Shown here: piece after piece, positions 26,431 to 41,200 of the stretch
How the letters are laid out: every line of letters starts with the position of its first letter
How positions within the stretch are numbered: the first letter of the stretch is position 1
Origin: Camelus dromedarius
Taxonomy: Eukaryota
Length of the DNA stretch: 64,000 nt
Assembly (NCBI RefSeq): GCF_036321535.1
Contig: NC_087436.1
Coordinates: forward strand, 29,018,001 to 29,082,000
Direction of reading: 5' to 3'
The notes under the pieces: generated by a model
Databases searched by the model: none
What the model was told of the DNA's origin: nothing
What the model saw: only the letters and a program-made list of their open reading frames with translations
Position numbers and translations under genes: made by a program

Positions 26431-29400
26431 AATATAATTTAGTAGAGTTTATGGACTCTACGTAGAAACATTCTCTATTACCATTGTTCTTATCAAAAAG
26501 ATTGAGATGAACATCAAGAATCAAGATATATTCACACCAAAATATATCAAGATTTCATGACCTCCAATGTAATCATCTGATGAGTAATTCTATGACAAGT
26601 AAACCCTAAACCCACACTGCTAGTGACTAGAAAGGGGATTAGTTCTGGCATCAGATTAATGAATGGTAAAAGAAATTATACTAATTTCACAGGTCAGCCT
26701 GCAGGGTTTTCTATACATTTTTTAAGAATAAAATGATAGCAATTCTCAAATGATAGCATTAACTCTCATATCTATGGACCTATTATTCCTACCACCATTT
26801 CGATTAAACTTACATGTGATGTATGTTATCTTAAACACACCATCAGGTGTATATCATCAAGACAACTTACTATATATACTTTATCTACCATTGCCATTTT
26901 TAACTCAGAACTTTCTACCATATGTTACACTCTGCAACAAAACCCAGTGGTGTTTAGTTAGGTGTGAGAGAAACTTTCTACCCTGGCTATTTCTTTATCC
27001 AGGGTGATTCAAAATTTAGGCCAGGAACTATATATTTGATATTGATTTTATTTATGTATTAATTCTAGGCTTAGGTCTCTTTTTATTTTTCAAAACACTT
27101 ACTTTTGAAAACTTCGACAAAAACATTTACAAATATGCTTTTATGGAATAATGTAGTAATTATCCAATTTTCAGCTGAAACAGGGATTGGCATACATATG
27201 AACCACTTGATGACAAACTAAAGTTAGTTTTCTAGCTTGTGTAAAATATATAATTCAACATCCAACACAAGAAATATTGGAATCTATTGTAGGATTCTGA
27301 TTAACACCAACAATGAAAGAGAAAAAAAGCCCTACAGATTACAACATTTTTACAAGCAGTAAAAATAATGTCTTTCTCATTATATAGGCATTTATTTCCT
27401 CTACAGTGTCACAGTTAATTTCGCTACATTATGTAATGGGAACCTGTCCTCAAAAAGTACAACCAGTACCTTAAAAAATAAAGAAACAGACCAAAATTGA
27501 TTGTATCACTTATCTGTTTCTCGAAAAGCACCATATTATCATATTAACAGCTTCTGACAATGAAGTAGCCATTAGTTAAATAAATTTACTCTTCTGTTAA
27601 GCATAATCCCTGCTTGTTCTTTCTCTGGTAATTGATAGCTATAATTAAAAATTAAACTAAATTAAAGATATAATGCTTCTCTATGGAATGTATATATCTG
27701 CAAATGTATCCATACAACAGAATCACGAAAATAGAACACAGAAAATTTATTTATAATCACTTATTGAACTCAATGACTTTAAAGCTAGCTTCGATAATTT
27801 GGACAAAACTTTATTGTACAGATTATACAAATTGATTGAAATAAAGTTCACATATAATCTTTTCAATCCCTACAGTTAAAAGAAATGTATCTCTAGAACA
27901 AAGAATAGGGTTAAGTGCCTAGGTATTATGTTAAATATAATGTCATATAATGTATCAGTTAAAGAATCAGAAATAAAATCCTGATTTTTATCTGCAAATT
28001 TTCTAGCTTACAATTTGTTTTTATTCATGTCCTTTTGTATGTAATTACACTTTGGGGTTCAATTTTTTCAAATCTATACTGTCCCCCTTAAACTGATATA
28101 GGTGATTAGAAATCACTAATGCAGTAATTAGGGAGTCTTATTGGACCTCGATATAAAACTTCCAAGATTTCTATTACACTTTGGGAAACATTAAACTGAC
28201 TCGCATTATGCTGAGTTTAGTCTTGATTCAGTAGTATTACTTAATCTTGAACAATGAATGAACCTTATAGTCCAAAGCAGTTTCCATGCTATATTATCTA
28301 AATGACACTATCTAATTCCTCTAATTCCTATTAGATGGATTTCAAAAGACGCAGACTCACTCAAAAAAAGTCTGGCACATTGAGTATTGAATAATGTTTA
28401 ATAATATATTTATAAGCAATTGAATTTGTGTATTCCAGACTTATTTACAATGGCTTTATAACTCAATGCATTTAAATTTTGACCCATAAATCTTCAGTAT
28501 GATGAGGCAGGAAAAATTCCCAAGTAGATATTCCTTTCCATTGAATAATTCTATTTATATTTTAATTGATAATCTTCCTTTGTTAGTCTCACATGATGGA
28601 CAAATGCTTATATGGATTTACTTCCAATGTACAAAATAAGAAAGAGGATGAAAATTATCTGTAATATAAAAATGAGGTGTATAAATGATATTAATATGAT
28701 AAATGTTCATTCAATAAAATGCAAAGTGTGCACCAAGTAAACTGTTTTAAATAGTAGGTGAATCACTTACTAAGCAGTGTAAAATATTGAAAAAGATATA
28801 AATAACTTTTATCAGTTGCCTTCTCTATACGCCCTTAAATGTACACTATTTTATTTAACCATGTGTCTATGAATTCAAAAATGTACTTAATAACATGCAA
28901 ATAAATAACTCCTACCTGGGAACTAAATAAGAAAAGTAAGTGATTGTAACAGAGGAAAGCATGTATGTATGTATATTAGCTTTATAAAACTGTGAAAGAT
29001 GAGAGTTAAAGTATGAAAGTAAGTAAAATATATAAAAGATTGCCTTATAGACCTGGAGAGAAAGGGGAGCAATTCAAATTCCAAGGGAGTTAAGAAATTT
29101 TAAAAAATTTAATTCCTCCTAAGAATATGAAATAAGTTCTTTGAATAAATCAGAAGTTTAAAGTCTCAAAATATTGAAAAACACCATCATATTTTGCAAA
29201 CACCATAGTTAGGTGTATTTCAATATTTTGAATAAGTTCAAAATCTACTTTCCCTCATAAAAATTTATAGGTACTATCTAGAGAGAAATTCGATTAATTT
29301 AAAACATTTTTCTAATTGGAAGAAGAAAGTTAGCCTAGAGATATCAAAAACTGTGTGTAGAAATGTGTGTAAATTAAACTATGATGACAACATTAAAGAA

Positions 29401-32400
29401 AATTTGGACACTTCAGAAACAGTCATTCATACATTAATTCATTTTCCATCACATAATTATTTAGCATTTGTAATATGCATAGTTGGGTAATGAGTCTAAA
29501 TATGCCAAGAGAGTATTGGATACTAACTAGTTCCAATGCACCCAAAGGCACAAATTTTAAATGACATGTGATAAGTCACAGAGAAGCACTGCTGTCTGAA
29601 TAAGTAAGAAACAAATTGCCTACAGAAATTGCCAGATGTGTGGATGTAAAATGAACCGCTCTGTTTCATAGCTGCACCTCAGAAAGATTTTTATAGCTTT
29701 TACTTTAAATCATATTAGTTGAGGAAAACCATTACTCAACAACTAAAGGAGAAGAAACAAGACAGTGTTATAATATCTCATTTATCTATAGTTATAGGAA
29801 GGTTCCAGTTAGCTGCTGCATCAGTTAACTGGAGTAATGATATGAATTGTGAACAGATTATAATTTTTCAAAGAAGCAAAATTTCATAAAGTTCAGTGAA
29901 CATTTAATTCCAACAGTAGATTACAGAAAATATGAACTGGGCTTGGGTTTCTTCTGATCCTGAGTTATCATTTGTTTCCTGCTTACACAGCTGAGTCTGT
30001 AAACTATTTTGATTATAAGAGATTATTAATTACAGAATAAAAGAATGTAAAGGAAAAATAGAAGGACTAGTGCGATTTAAAGACCAGAGATTTGTCACAA
30101 AGAGATAAACTAAAAAAGTAAGAAAATTAGTTAGGCTCACAAATCTGGACGTTTTCTTCTAAAATGAAAGAACAAAAATCTCAAAAGTAGGATTTTTTTT
30201 CCTTAAGTAGCACAAATTGGAGAAAAAGTGAACTGAAACTAACATATGTACTAAAAAAGAAAAAAATCCTGAAAAAGATGTCCATTCATTTAGTAACATA
30301 TGGACCTATGAGAAAAAAATGTTAAAAAGGCCATATATTAAAATACTTTTTTGTGGAATTTAACATTTGATAAAGTGATGCTATGTTTATGACATTAGAG
30401 GAATATACAAATCCCAGAGAAACCACCACAAGGGATATGGAAATATGAGGGTACTCTATACCAATAAAAAAAGCCATTTTATTGTGGATTCTCTGTATGC
30501 TCCTTTACTGTACTGACTTCAACAAATTAGGAAAACTCACAAAGGCAGGCTAAGACAGCGAAGAGGCTGGAAGAGATGTGACTAAACAGAACATGCTCTT
30601 AATTTCAATCAAATTGAAACTTGAAGTGCTCAGTAGAAATAATATAGATGTCCAAAAACATTTTCCTAAAATGCGAGTTACTGAAAAGAAGTCTCGGTGA
30701 AGTGTCAGCAATATTTTAGATGCAATATTTCCAAGTCCTGACACTCTTTCTTATGTTATGATATGGGTGAGTTGGGTTGAAATTTCAAAAGGGCTCAAAA
30801 GTAGGCAAAAACAAAGTTATGTCAGGAGACAGCAAGAGTGATTTTTTTGACATATCCGGACTAGTCTAAACATTGTATGGTATAAAACCAGAATCGATTG
30901 TGACACTTTTCAATAGAGGGTTTCCTACAATCCTGTGATTGTAGCAAATTTCATGGATTTAGGATTTAAAAAATCATCATGTCAATGTAGTTTTTTCACT
31001 TTATTCAATATAATTTATTATTGTCTGATTCTTTAAACAAATGAAAGATTTTACAAATACATTTTAGATGAAATTTCGTTGGCCATTTATCTTGCCATTA
31101 TCTTCAGTTTTTAGGGAACAATTAGGTTTTTGACAAGAAATCAACAGGTTTCAAGATAACAAATCCTTATACTTCTAAGTAACGGTATTGTTTTGACTGA
31201 TTTGAACTGAAAGATATCCCTGTTTACAGACAAAAAAATCTAAAGAAATGATGTTCAAAATATAAAGCCAAAATCATAAGCAAAAATGATTACTAAAATA
31301 GTATTAAAGATATCGTTTTAACTATTGGGCTTTTCTAAATTAGATTAATAATATAACTTTAACCAGTTTTATTCTTAAACCTAAATTATTTTTATGTTTC
31401 TTATTTTCTCAGACTATCCAGATTGTTTTGTGCATAACTTAACTGTGCCCATTGAAAAGCTAAATAATTTTAAATAAGATGTCTATAATTTAAAACTTTT
31501 GAATTCCATATGAAAAAATATAACATTCTTTTTAAACTCCCAATGATTTTTCTGCTTCATTTTAATAACTGTTAAAATGAAATGTTTTTTATTACAAGTT
31601 AAAGTGATACTTTAATGTTTTTTATCACTCTGATAAAAATTACAGGTAAAGCTAAGCTAAAATTTATTAACATTTTAAGAAATCTAAATACTGTATTTTG
31701 ACTATATGATCATATTCTACATGTTTAAAATTATTTCTTCAAACTTTCAGTGTATCCTTTTGGTTATTATCAGAGTATTAGAAATCTGCAACATTATAAC
31801 AAAAATAAGATGAGGCATCCTTATAAAGAGCTTATGACTAATGAGGCAAGTATTAATTGATATGTTCAAAATTACTCCTGATTCAACAAATAAGTTCCAT
31901 TTCATTAAATGCATCATGTATACTCTTCATGGATCCTTCCATATAAATTATATAAAAGAGAAAATATAATTGTATGTAGGCATTTTTAAAGAAACACAAA
32001 GTACATTTTTTAACATGCATACACATATTTTTGTGTAAAAGTTGGTTTCTTGCCATTTTTAATTTTAACTTTAGCCATCAGAGGTGTAGAAATGGAAAGT
32101 TGTTAGGTATAGGTAATGATCTCATTTGTATTATTATTAAATGGATCCCCATTTCCCTGTCATCATGTTGTAAATGACAGTGGTAGCCGCATTAAGCTTT
32201 TTAAAGGCTTTACAAAAAGAAACATACAGCTGCTTACTTTTCTTAACATCAAAATGTACATTGTGTTCATTAAAAAAACTAAATGTATGTTTAGCAAAAG
32301 TAAAACTGCTACCTCAATAATTGTTTAAACATTCTGATTTTTAAACAAGTAATTAGTGCTAATTTCTAGCTTCTTTAATTACATAAGGGACATGCTTTTC

Positions 32401-34970
32401 CATTTAGAAGAAAAGAATATTTCTATTCCTGATGATAAATGATACACGTATTAACAACTATCACCATATGAATTTGGGGGACAAAATAGGAATGGATTGT
32501 TTTGGTTTATAGTTTGTACAGTTAGATTAACCATCAAATTGACTATGCCTGTTAAATCAGAGCCATAAAGTAATTCTAAAGATAACTGTGTGAGTTAAAG
32601 ATGACATCGAACACTAGACATTAAAAAAAATTCAGACATGATTAAAATTATATGAAGAACTAAGGTGAGTGTCAGTAAAAACAACAAAATAGCTATTTTT
32701 CTGCTTCTTTTTCATCCCAGTCCACTTTATCCCAAACCCTGAATTTTGAGCAGTGTGAGCTGGCTAAAACAGAAAACATAAATTGTTATTCAAAATTAAT
32801 TAATTATAATACACATCTGGATAATATGCAAACAAACCTTAATTTTTTTGGTAAAATAATAGCTGCATTCTTTGATTTGTAGCAAACATATAACTGATGA
32901 CTTATTTCATAATCTCAATCAGGGATCTAAATGAAAATACCAGATTCTTAAAAAGTAGAAAAATTGACATTAAAATATATGCAGCATTAATATTTTTATT
33001 AACAAAAATTATTACCATGATTTTTAAAATTAAAAAGAAAAACTAGTCAGTAGAGAAAAAAAATTGTTCAAAATTTCAGTTCTCCAGTGTAAGTGAAACT
33101 TCATCAAGATTAGTACTCACTAAGAGGTAAAGAGGGTGAATTGATTTTTCATCATCTTTGATATAGACTTACCAGTTAATATATGCTAACAGCAAATATT
33201 TGTAGTTATCTAGAAATACATATTTGAATTACTCTGAATCATATGTACTTTGAATCTTTGCCTTGAAATTATTGATAATATATTTCTATAACATACATTC
33301 TTACTTTAAGTGAAACACTAGTGAGAATATGCTGTTTAGAATTTGGAAAAGCTTGGTTTATGATAATAATTAAACTTAAAATCCAGAATTTAGTTTGAGG
33401 GACAAAGACTGAATCACAGTTCTTATTTATTAACATTTGATTTTAGGCTACTTTAAATCATTAGTGTCTGTGGATGTGTCAGTTAAACAGGACCTTAGCA
33501 TCCAAATTACATTTAGTTATTATGTTAGACGTTTCAACACTTTCCTTAAGTGTTTGTGTTCTCAAATTTTATAACTTAAAAAAACAAAGCAGAACAAATA
33601 TCGATAATTTATAGAGAGGCATAATTATTTGGTTCTGAAACACTAATATACTATATCATGCTGGGGTAATGGCATTTCTGAATAATTTGAAAAGCTGAAC
33701 ACAATCCTTCCAAAAACACCATTCAATCATTGCTGTCATCACAATGTATGTATCCAGTGGCAGATCCACTCTAATCATATGACACTTGTTTACTCTTATT
33801 ATCAGTGTCCAGCGTAGGAGTCACATCCTCAGTGTGTTCAACCCACGCCTTTCACATTTACATGTAAGGGCTACAGTAAATGTTCTTCTAGTTTTTTTCT
33901 TCCGCTTAATTTTTTTTTTCCTTCCCACTTCATAAGTCATAATAGAAATGATACATCTGCAATCTGTCTCATTTTTGTTTCTAACTTATGGTTCCGTTTT
34001 TGTTTTTTGCTTTCTTTGCACTAGAAGATGAAAGTAAGGAAACATCATGTAGACTGGATTTGCTATGCAAGCTAAAAATTGTCTTTGGATTAAATTGTTA
34101 CAGGTTTCATCCTTATCAAATACTAGTTTATGTAGTTTGACGAAAATACTGAATCGTCAGTGGTATTTATCCATTAACTAAAAGGAAAAGGCTTCCATAT
34201 AGCAGAGAGTAAATGGAATAATTTCATTACCAAGATCCTCAAAGGAATCTCCAATCTACTAAAGAATCTCAAAGTATTTTTGCTTTTCAGATTGATTGTA
34301 TAAAATAATCCACTTAGAGGCTATGGTCCCAATATCGAAGGAGCTGAGTACAATTCTCAATGTCTCAGTGTTAGAAGATCCTATTATTTTAAATAATTGA
34401 ATAATATTGCTATATTGATATGCTTCCATCACGAAGTTCCTCTGATTCTGATAAAAGATTAGAATCCATGCCAACATATCACTAAATGACATTGAACCAG
34501 CAAAGTAATGGCTGCACTGATTTCTGAATTTAGCCTAACGTGTTTTATGTCATTATGGGAAAAGGATGATTAAGCCATAATGCTGGTATCGATAAGAAAA
34601 TGAGAACTCTCAATGGCTCAAGTGTCAAGAGATGTTTTTCCACCTTAAATAAGTTCTTCAAAACACATGGAAATCAAGTAAGCAGGTGAGCAGCATTCAA
34701 AGGAAATAGGAAGATCATTTAAAAAATGTTTTCAACAACATCAAAAGTTATGTTTGACTGTTGCCAACAACCACGTTTAACACAGGAGCCTGACTTCCTG
34801 TAAAGCATATTCATTTTTCTATTGTCAAGTGCTGCCTGCATCCACGAGTCACTCTTATCCTTGTTTCTGAGAACAACCTGAACTCCTCTATTTTCACAAA
34901 GAAGAATGGCATGTTGAACGTTACTTTCTGAAACGGAATACTTTGATACAGCCTTTTACGTAATACTTAC

Positions 34971-35276
34971 TCAAATATGGTGGTTTGTAAGGCGCTCGTG
35001 TATTAGACAGCAGTCCATCCAGCTCCTTCCTCTCCAGAGTGCTGTGAAGGGCCTTCTCTTTGCCGAAGGTGGAGAAGGACCTCTCTGCCCCGGGCTGGGC
35101 TTCTGGAGTTTCAAACACCTCAGTGTCTGGAACAGAGTCCATGCCAGGAACATGCAGATTGCTACGGTAATCAGCAGCCTGGCGTCCGTCAGAAGGGACA
35201 AAAGAAGGCATCCAGCACCGATCTGAGTGGCCCAGCGCTTTACATTCCTCGGTGCAGTTGGAGAAGAGATCCATAC
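34971..35276 (-). CDS. PCDH10: PCDH10 exon 4 (306 nt): CM2 motif (CTEECKALGHSDRCWMP) and WIRS motif (FSTFGK)
   Basis: The acceptor is ctctcttttccccgctcccag|GT ATG and the donor is TTGA|gtaagt, phase 1 to 1. The translation appears in ORF 34921..35274. Confidence 0.97.
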   Translation of the reverse strand, partial: VWISSPTAPRNVKRWATQIGAGCLLLSLLTDARLLITVAICMFLAWTLFQTLRCLKLQKPSPGQRGPSPPSAKRRPFTALWRGRSWMDCCLIHERLTNHHI

Positions 35277-38200
35277 CTGGGAGCGGGGAAAAGAGAGGCT
35301 GCAGATGTGGGCTTCACAACACCACCAGCTGCTTAGAAGTGAAAAATTACAGGCAGCATGGAGAGTAATGGGTGAGGGTATCTTAACAAATTTTTCTCGT
35401 CTTAACCTGACAGGAGCCAAAAATCTCTGTATTATTTTGTCAAGGGTTAAGACTCTTGCCAAAGAGCCCTCTGAGATAGATGTTTCTAAACTACTCAGAG
35501 TATATGGACAAAAAGTTGGCTCTAAATTATTTAAATAACTAGAAAATAGTGAGTAGAAATAGAATGAATATTTTTTAAAATCTCTGGTGAAGTTCTTAAC
35601 AGAGGAAAAAACCCCAGTCGAAAGCTTTCTCAATCCATAGTCTCCAATGATGATGTCATCGATATTTTTTTTCTTAGAGACAAAATGGAAGAAATATGTG
35701 AAGCACTAGTAATGATATTTAGATTATAAAATCTGGACAGGAAGCAAAAAGTGATATTCAACAGACATATGGCATACATAGTGATAAACCAGTAAATAAC
35801 AAGAATAAAACAAGATTTCATGAGTGGCCAAGAGCATGCTTTCTTAGGTTCCTGGAAAATGACTTCCTAAAAGTAATTTCTCAGTGACACTCTGGTAGCC
35901 CGTATTACTACACACCACTTATCATTTACCGCCTTAGACAAACCCAGGACAAATGACTGTAATTAGTGAAACCAAGGTAACCAAGTGCAGTATGAGTCAG
36001 CTGCAGAGGCTATTGACAAATACCTTATTACTTGTTCTATATCGGAAAACACTTGTCCTAGACAACACAGACCTGTTTGCTTACTAATCTCAGAATACCA
36101 CGATTTCAAATGACATTTTCACGTTTCACTGTCTTCCATAGATTGACAAGACTATTAAATACGATGTTTATGGCTCAAGAAACCTCATTCAGTTTCTTAA
36201 GCAAAGCATCACAATTTTTGAGCACTCTAGAACACTGTTATTCATTTTGATAATTAGCAAAATGTGGAAAAATAAGTACATAAACCAAAATCACATTTTA
36301 ACATTTTTCTATTTATTAAATATGCTTTAAAATAGGATCAATTTGAAATAACTAAAGTGTGATTTGTCTGTATGTAAAAACCTCTCAAATGCATGCTTAG
36401 TGTGGAAAAACCAGGAACTATTTCTTTTAACCAACAGAGAGTCATATTTATGTAATGAACACCCTTGATTGTTTCTTCTATAAGTATCATGAGTGATTTG
36501 AGCTCTTGAGCAAGTTTTAGTTTGTAAATTCCTGATGGGATTCCAGTTTTCTGTCACCTACTAATATACTTATTTGTGTGTGCATTTTGCTATTTTCATA
36601 CATAAAATAATTATTTTTCACAAACATTAACAATTATTAACCCTCTAGATTATTCTCAAGGAGTTAAGAAGAGTTAATTACATAAATTATGGTTAAAGAA
36701 ATAACACCAAGCTTCTTATCATATATTTATCTCACTTTATAATGACTTATCTTAAGTTAAACTATATATGATGCCAAGTCTGACTGCTATTGCAACATTC
36801 CACTGATAATTGTTATGCATAAGCCTGGAAATAAATGACTAACAGTGAACTGTTGAGGAAGGTCAACCCGAGCTGAAGCCGGGATAAAGAACCAGATTAA
36901 GAACAGCATGTAAAACATGTCAGTTCTTCTTTGAACACCAGAGAAGTTCAGTTATCCTCTTCCTGCAAGGAGATAGGAATTAAAAAAAAAAAAAAAAAGA
37001 GGAAGGGAAGGAGAATGTCCCTTACACACACTGACATATGAGGCAGGAAGAAGCTGTAGAATCAGAGATCTGTATTTTGACACACTGTACTGTAAATGCT
37101 CCCTGTTTATAGTGTGATGAGAAATAAAAGGCCTTTTTGATAGATGGAATTACCGTTAAGAGTAAATTATGAGCAATTATTTATTCCAAACATAAATTCA
37201 TGTCATATTAAATATGAAGTTCATAAAAAATTCAAATATTAAGACAGAATTATATTATTGGATCCTCATAAAGATGGGTACTAATGCAAAATTTGGAATA
37301 CATTTTTTATCACACAACTGATATAACCCTTTCAAATATACTATTTTTTAATGCTCATGAGAGCATTAGCAACCTTTTTACAGCTTTTTGAGCTCTGTAC
37401 CCAAGTATTCTAATAATGTTGAACATGATCATCACACACAGAAAAATTTTAGTAAACTAGTCTCTACTCATTAAGATGCTTGATTATGTTAAGAGGTACT
37501 TTTAGTAGAGCTTGTTTTTATGAGTAGTTTATGTTCCATTGTGCTCATTTTTTTTCTCTTCAAGTGTATGGTTTTCGGTCTCTTTCATTTATTAAAGGCT
37601 AGTTAATATTCCTTTAGATGATGAAATAAAGTTCTCATGACTTGAGAACCTGCACAAAAATATGTCATGTGCATAACAAGAAAAGTGAGAAATATGATAA
37701 AGACTTTTTTGTTGCAAGAACACTGTTACTCGCCTAAAAGGGAAAAAAACACTTGTAAGTAATGTTCTTAATAAATTCATGAGCTACTCCTTTTAAAGTA
37801 GGGTCCTCGTCGTGACAACATAGCTTTATATAACTAGAGTGAAAGGCAGGATGGCGCGCGTTGTGCGTGAATGTGTTTCACCAGGTTTACGGGCAAAACA
37901 AGTGTACTAATTTCCCATAAGGAAAGTATCAGACATAGAAACAAAATTCTTTTTTAATCACATACATAGCATATAAATACATTTCAAGTAAATTTTAGAA
38001 ATATTTTTCGAAAATGTTTTTTTCACTTCTTTTAGAGATATAGTTTGAAAAATAATATGAAGATGAATATATGTATGTATACATATGAGTGAAGCATTAT
38101 GCTGTACATCAGAAATTGAGACAACATTGTAAACTGACTATACTTCAGTAAAAAAGAATGCAGATATATATATAGTTTGAGAACCAAATAAACTTTGCCC

Positions 38201-41200
38201 GTTACCGGTCCTCACCTTAGGGAGCCTTTGAAAGACTAACATTATTTTATTTTTTTCACTTATCACTAGTCTCATTACATATATGATTTTAATGACCAAA
38301 TAAACAGAGGCATACTTAAGTTTTGTGATGGTAAATGACTGCACGAGGGACAAGAATGCCAGGTTATTTCAGTCCATGGGGCATTTTAAAATGCATACCT
38401 TTTACACTGCTCTTGGAATTTTTTATTAGTTGAAAGTCAAGGGTCAAGAAAAAATAAATTTAACTGCATTTTTTGTTTTATTCAAATGCCCTTACTTTAG
38501 AACCTGTGGGATTTGTATAGCAGGAAAATACAGGCCCGAGCCTGAGTTCTGAAGTTTTGGTAATTTCCAAGAAACATTTCAACATATATATTTTATTTGA
38601 AATTTCTTATCCTAGTTATTTATGTTTTTCTACTTCTCAGAAATGGTCTGTTCTACAAAGCATGACAGCTGAAGTGATAGACTGCCTGTTATGCAAAGAT
38701 ATATTTAGACAAACTTTCAAATACATCTTTTTTAACCAGCAAGTAACTTGTCCTTTATAGTCAGAGGCAGATATTACCGCTGAGAACAAACTGTGATTTC
38801 AGAAATGTAACTGCATTCAATTTGTGCTGTTTTCTGACGAATGTAATAATATAAAATTATGTGTACATTTTTTCCTCATGCATTAAGCCTTCAGAAAAAA
38901 AATTTTCTTTTCAAAATATGATAAATTAGTTTTTAAAAAATCAACACAACTTTTTGAGGAAATTTCAAGTCTTCCTGTAATTACTTAACACTGGAGAAAT
39001 TAGAGATGTTAACTGTAACCACAAAAATTGCTGTAACTTTTTGGAAAATGTGGTTTGGGAACAGAGACTTAACAACATAATTCACTCATGAAAAAAATCA
39101 AAACATGCACATCAAAATGTTCTCCCTACCTATCATCTTTTAAAATGCTTGTATTTTCTCCATGTTCTCTCAATATTTTGTCTTATATTTTTTTCCAATT
39201 GTAAATCTCTACACATTATCCAGTTGTAGCTCACATTTTCACCAGAAACCTTAACCAAAAGCTTTTGCTTACGGAGGCAATGGTATAAATTCACTTTATT
39301 TACAAAGCCAGAAACTAATTGCCAGTATCTAAGTTCTTATTGGAGTTGGGAAAGGGAGATTTGTATTTTATGAAAAACCAAGAACTCTCCTATTGATATT
39401 GTAGTAGTAGGGCAACGGCTTAATGCATTTCCTGCTATACTTTTCTTTATTAGTCTGAAAATACTGACAATTCAAATCACTTTATTTTTTAAATTATTGC
39501 CAAATGTTGACCATGTGTCATGTATAAATCTCACGGTAATTCAAAAAATAAACACATTTAGAAACTAGTTCTCTTGCAACTACAAGAAAAATTTACAAGA
39601 AGAGAAATTTGAAAATTTTCAGATAAACTATAACAAGTAACTTAACTGAATTATCACTTATTAGGGTTCTTTTCTTCAATATATTTTTAAAGAAGACACA
39701 ATTATTAAAAATAAATTCATAATCAATCCTAGTATGCACTGGTAAGTACTTTAATAAATGGAAAAAACTTCTCATAACTAAATAATCTCCTTAGGTCTAC
39801 CTCCAGTAATATTAAAATCTTTAAGAATATATAACTAATTATGTTGTATCAGTTGTATCATTTAAACTAGAAAAAAAGGCTATCTTTTAATCTAATGGTA
39901 TTATAAAACTGAAAATATATTGCTTTTAAGTCCACTTAGAATATATTTATATGTTTTTTGCAATTAAAGCTGTGATTAGTCAGTTTTTCCTCTTGTGATG
40001 ATTTATGCAAACATTTACCACATCTCCTTGGACTTCTGCCATATCTAACCAATACATCAATAATGCCCTGAAAAAAAACGGAAAGCACCTTGACAAGACT
40101 ATAGAGAGAAAATGCCACAGAGCAGTGGTCAAGCCGAAGAATTTCACACATGGAGCCAGGTGCAGTGGAAAACTGAAAAAGCTTATGTGATTCTCTGTGC
40201 AGCTGCCTCCGTGTTTAAAGCCCTTCTGTGAACAAGATTGGTGACTGCAAATGGCTTAGAAAGGAGAAAAGCAAGGGAGGGGGGGAAGGGGAAGAAAGAA
40301 CAAAAAAAGAAAACTATTCATAGAAGAATAAATACAAGGCATATCCAAATAAATACAAAGTTAACACTAACACAGAAAAAGAAAGTGGGAATAAATAAAA
40401 AGTTAGGAAGTTTAAACAGGTGACGCACTAAGCCTGACAATGTATCTAATGTAATCTGAAATAAGGTACAAACTAGAGGATTCAGAATCTATATCTTCCC
40501 AGTGTTGTTTTTCTTTGATAAACTCGCTTTCCCCACTCAAAATCTAGCTGAGTGGGATTTGTTTATTAGCACAAAATTTTCAATACCCTAAACCTGGAAA
40601 TGGATGTGCTATGAGAATATTTCCTAATATTGCAAAATTGGAAGGTCCTAAGTATCTGGTTTTACAAGGAAATAAAGCAGATGTTATTTACTTGAAATAG
40701 GATTAAGTTTTAGAAACTATTCTAGATACTTTGTGTTGAAGTTTATAATACACAACATCACGAATGGACTGAAAAAACTCATCAAGTAAATGCATCTTAA
40801 TTCTCTCCACTTAGGGTTTTATACTTTAAAAAGTAACCACTTCAAAATCATTTTTACAATAAAGTCAGAAAAACATATTAAATCCAACTTCAATTCAGCA
40901 CACAAAGGTATGATTGCTTCTTAATCCAAGTGTGTAATTACAGTTCTAAAACAGCCATTGTTGTGCCCAGTAAGTGTGGCTGCCCTGTAACTGCCAACGA
41001 AATGGATACACAGATTGTTAGTTCTGCAATACTTTCACATGTTTAAGAACTCAAAGATGGAAAAAAAAAATTGTCATTTTGATAAGAAAAATAAAAAACG
41101 CCTTGCTTTTAAATGTTTTCTGGAACACAATTTAGCGTTTAAAATTTCCTTTCATATGCTTTGACATCTCAAATATTTTGAAAGGAACATTACCAAAATG

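Noticed and set aside
8123..34968. An additional in-frame cassette exon in intron 4
   Set aside because: The acceptor-like sites that I checked (about 11586, 16776, 22037 and 29053) had no frame-preserving donor or hit an early stop.
34971..35633. 220-aa minus-strand ORF overlapping exon 4 in another frame
   Set aside because: The start lies in an intron, there is no recognisable domain, and it is best explained as a shadow frame of a GC-rich exon.
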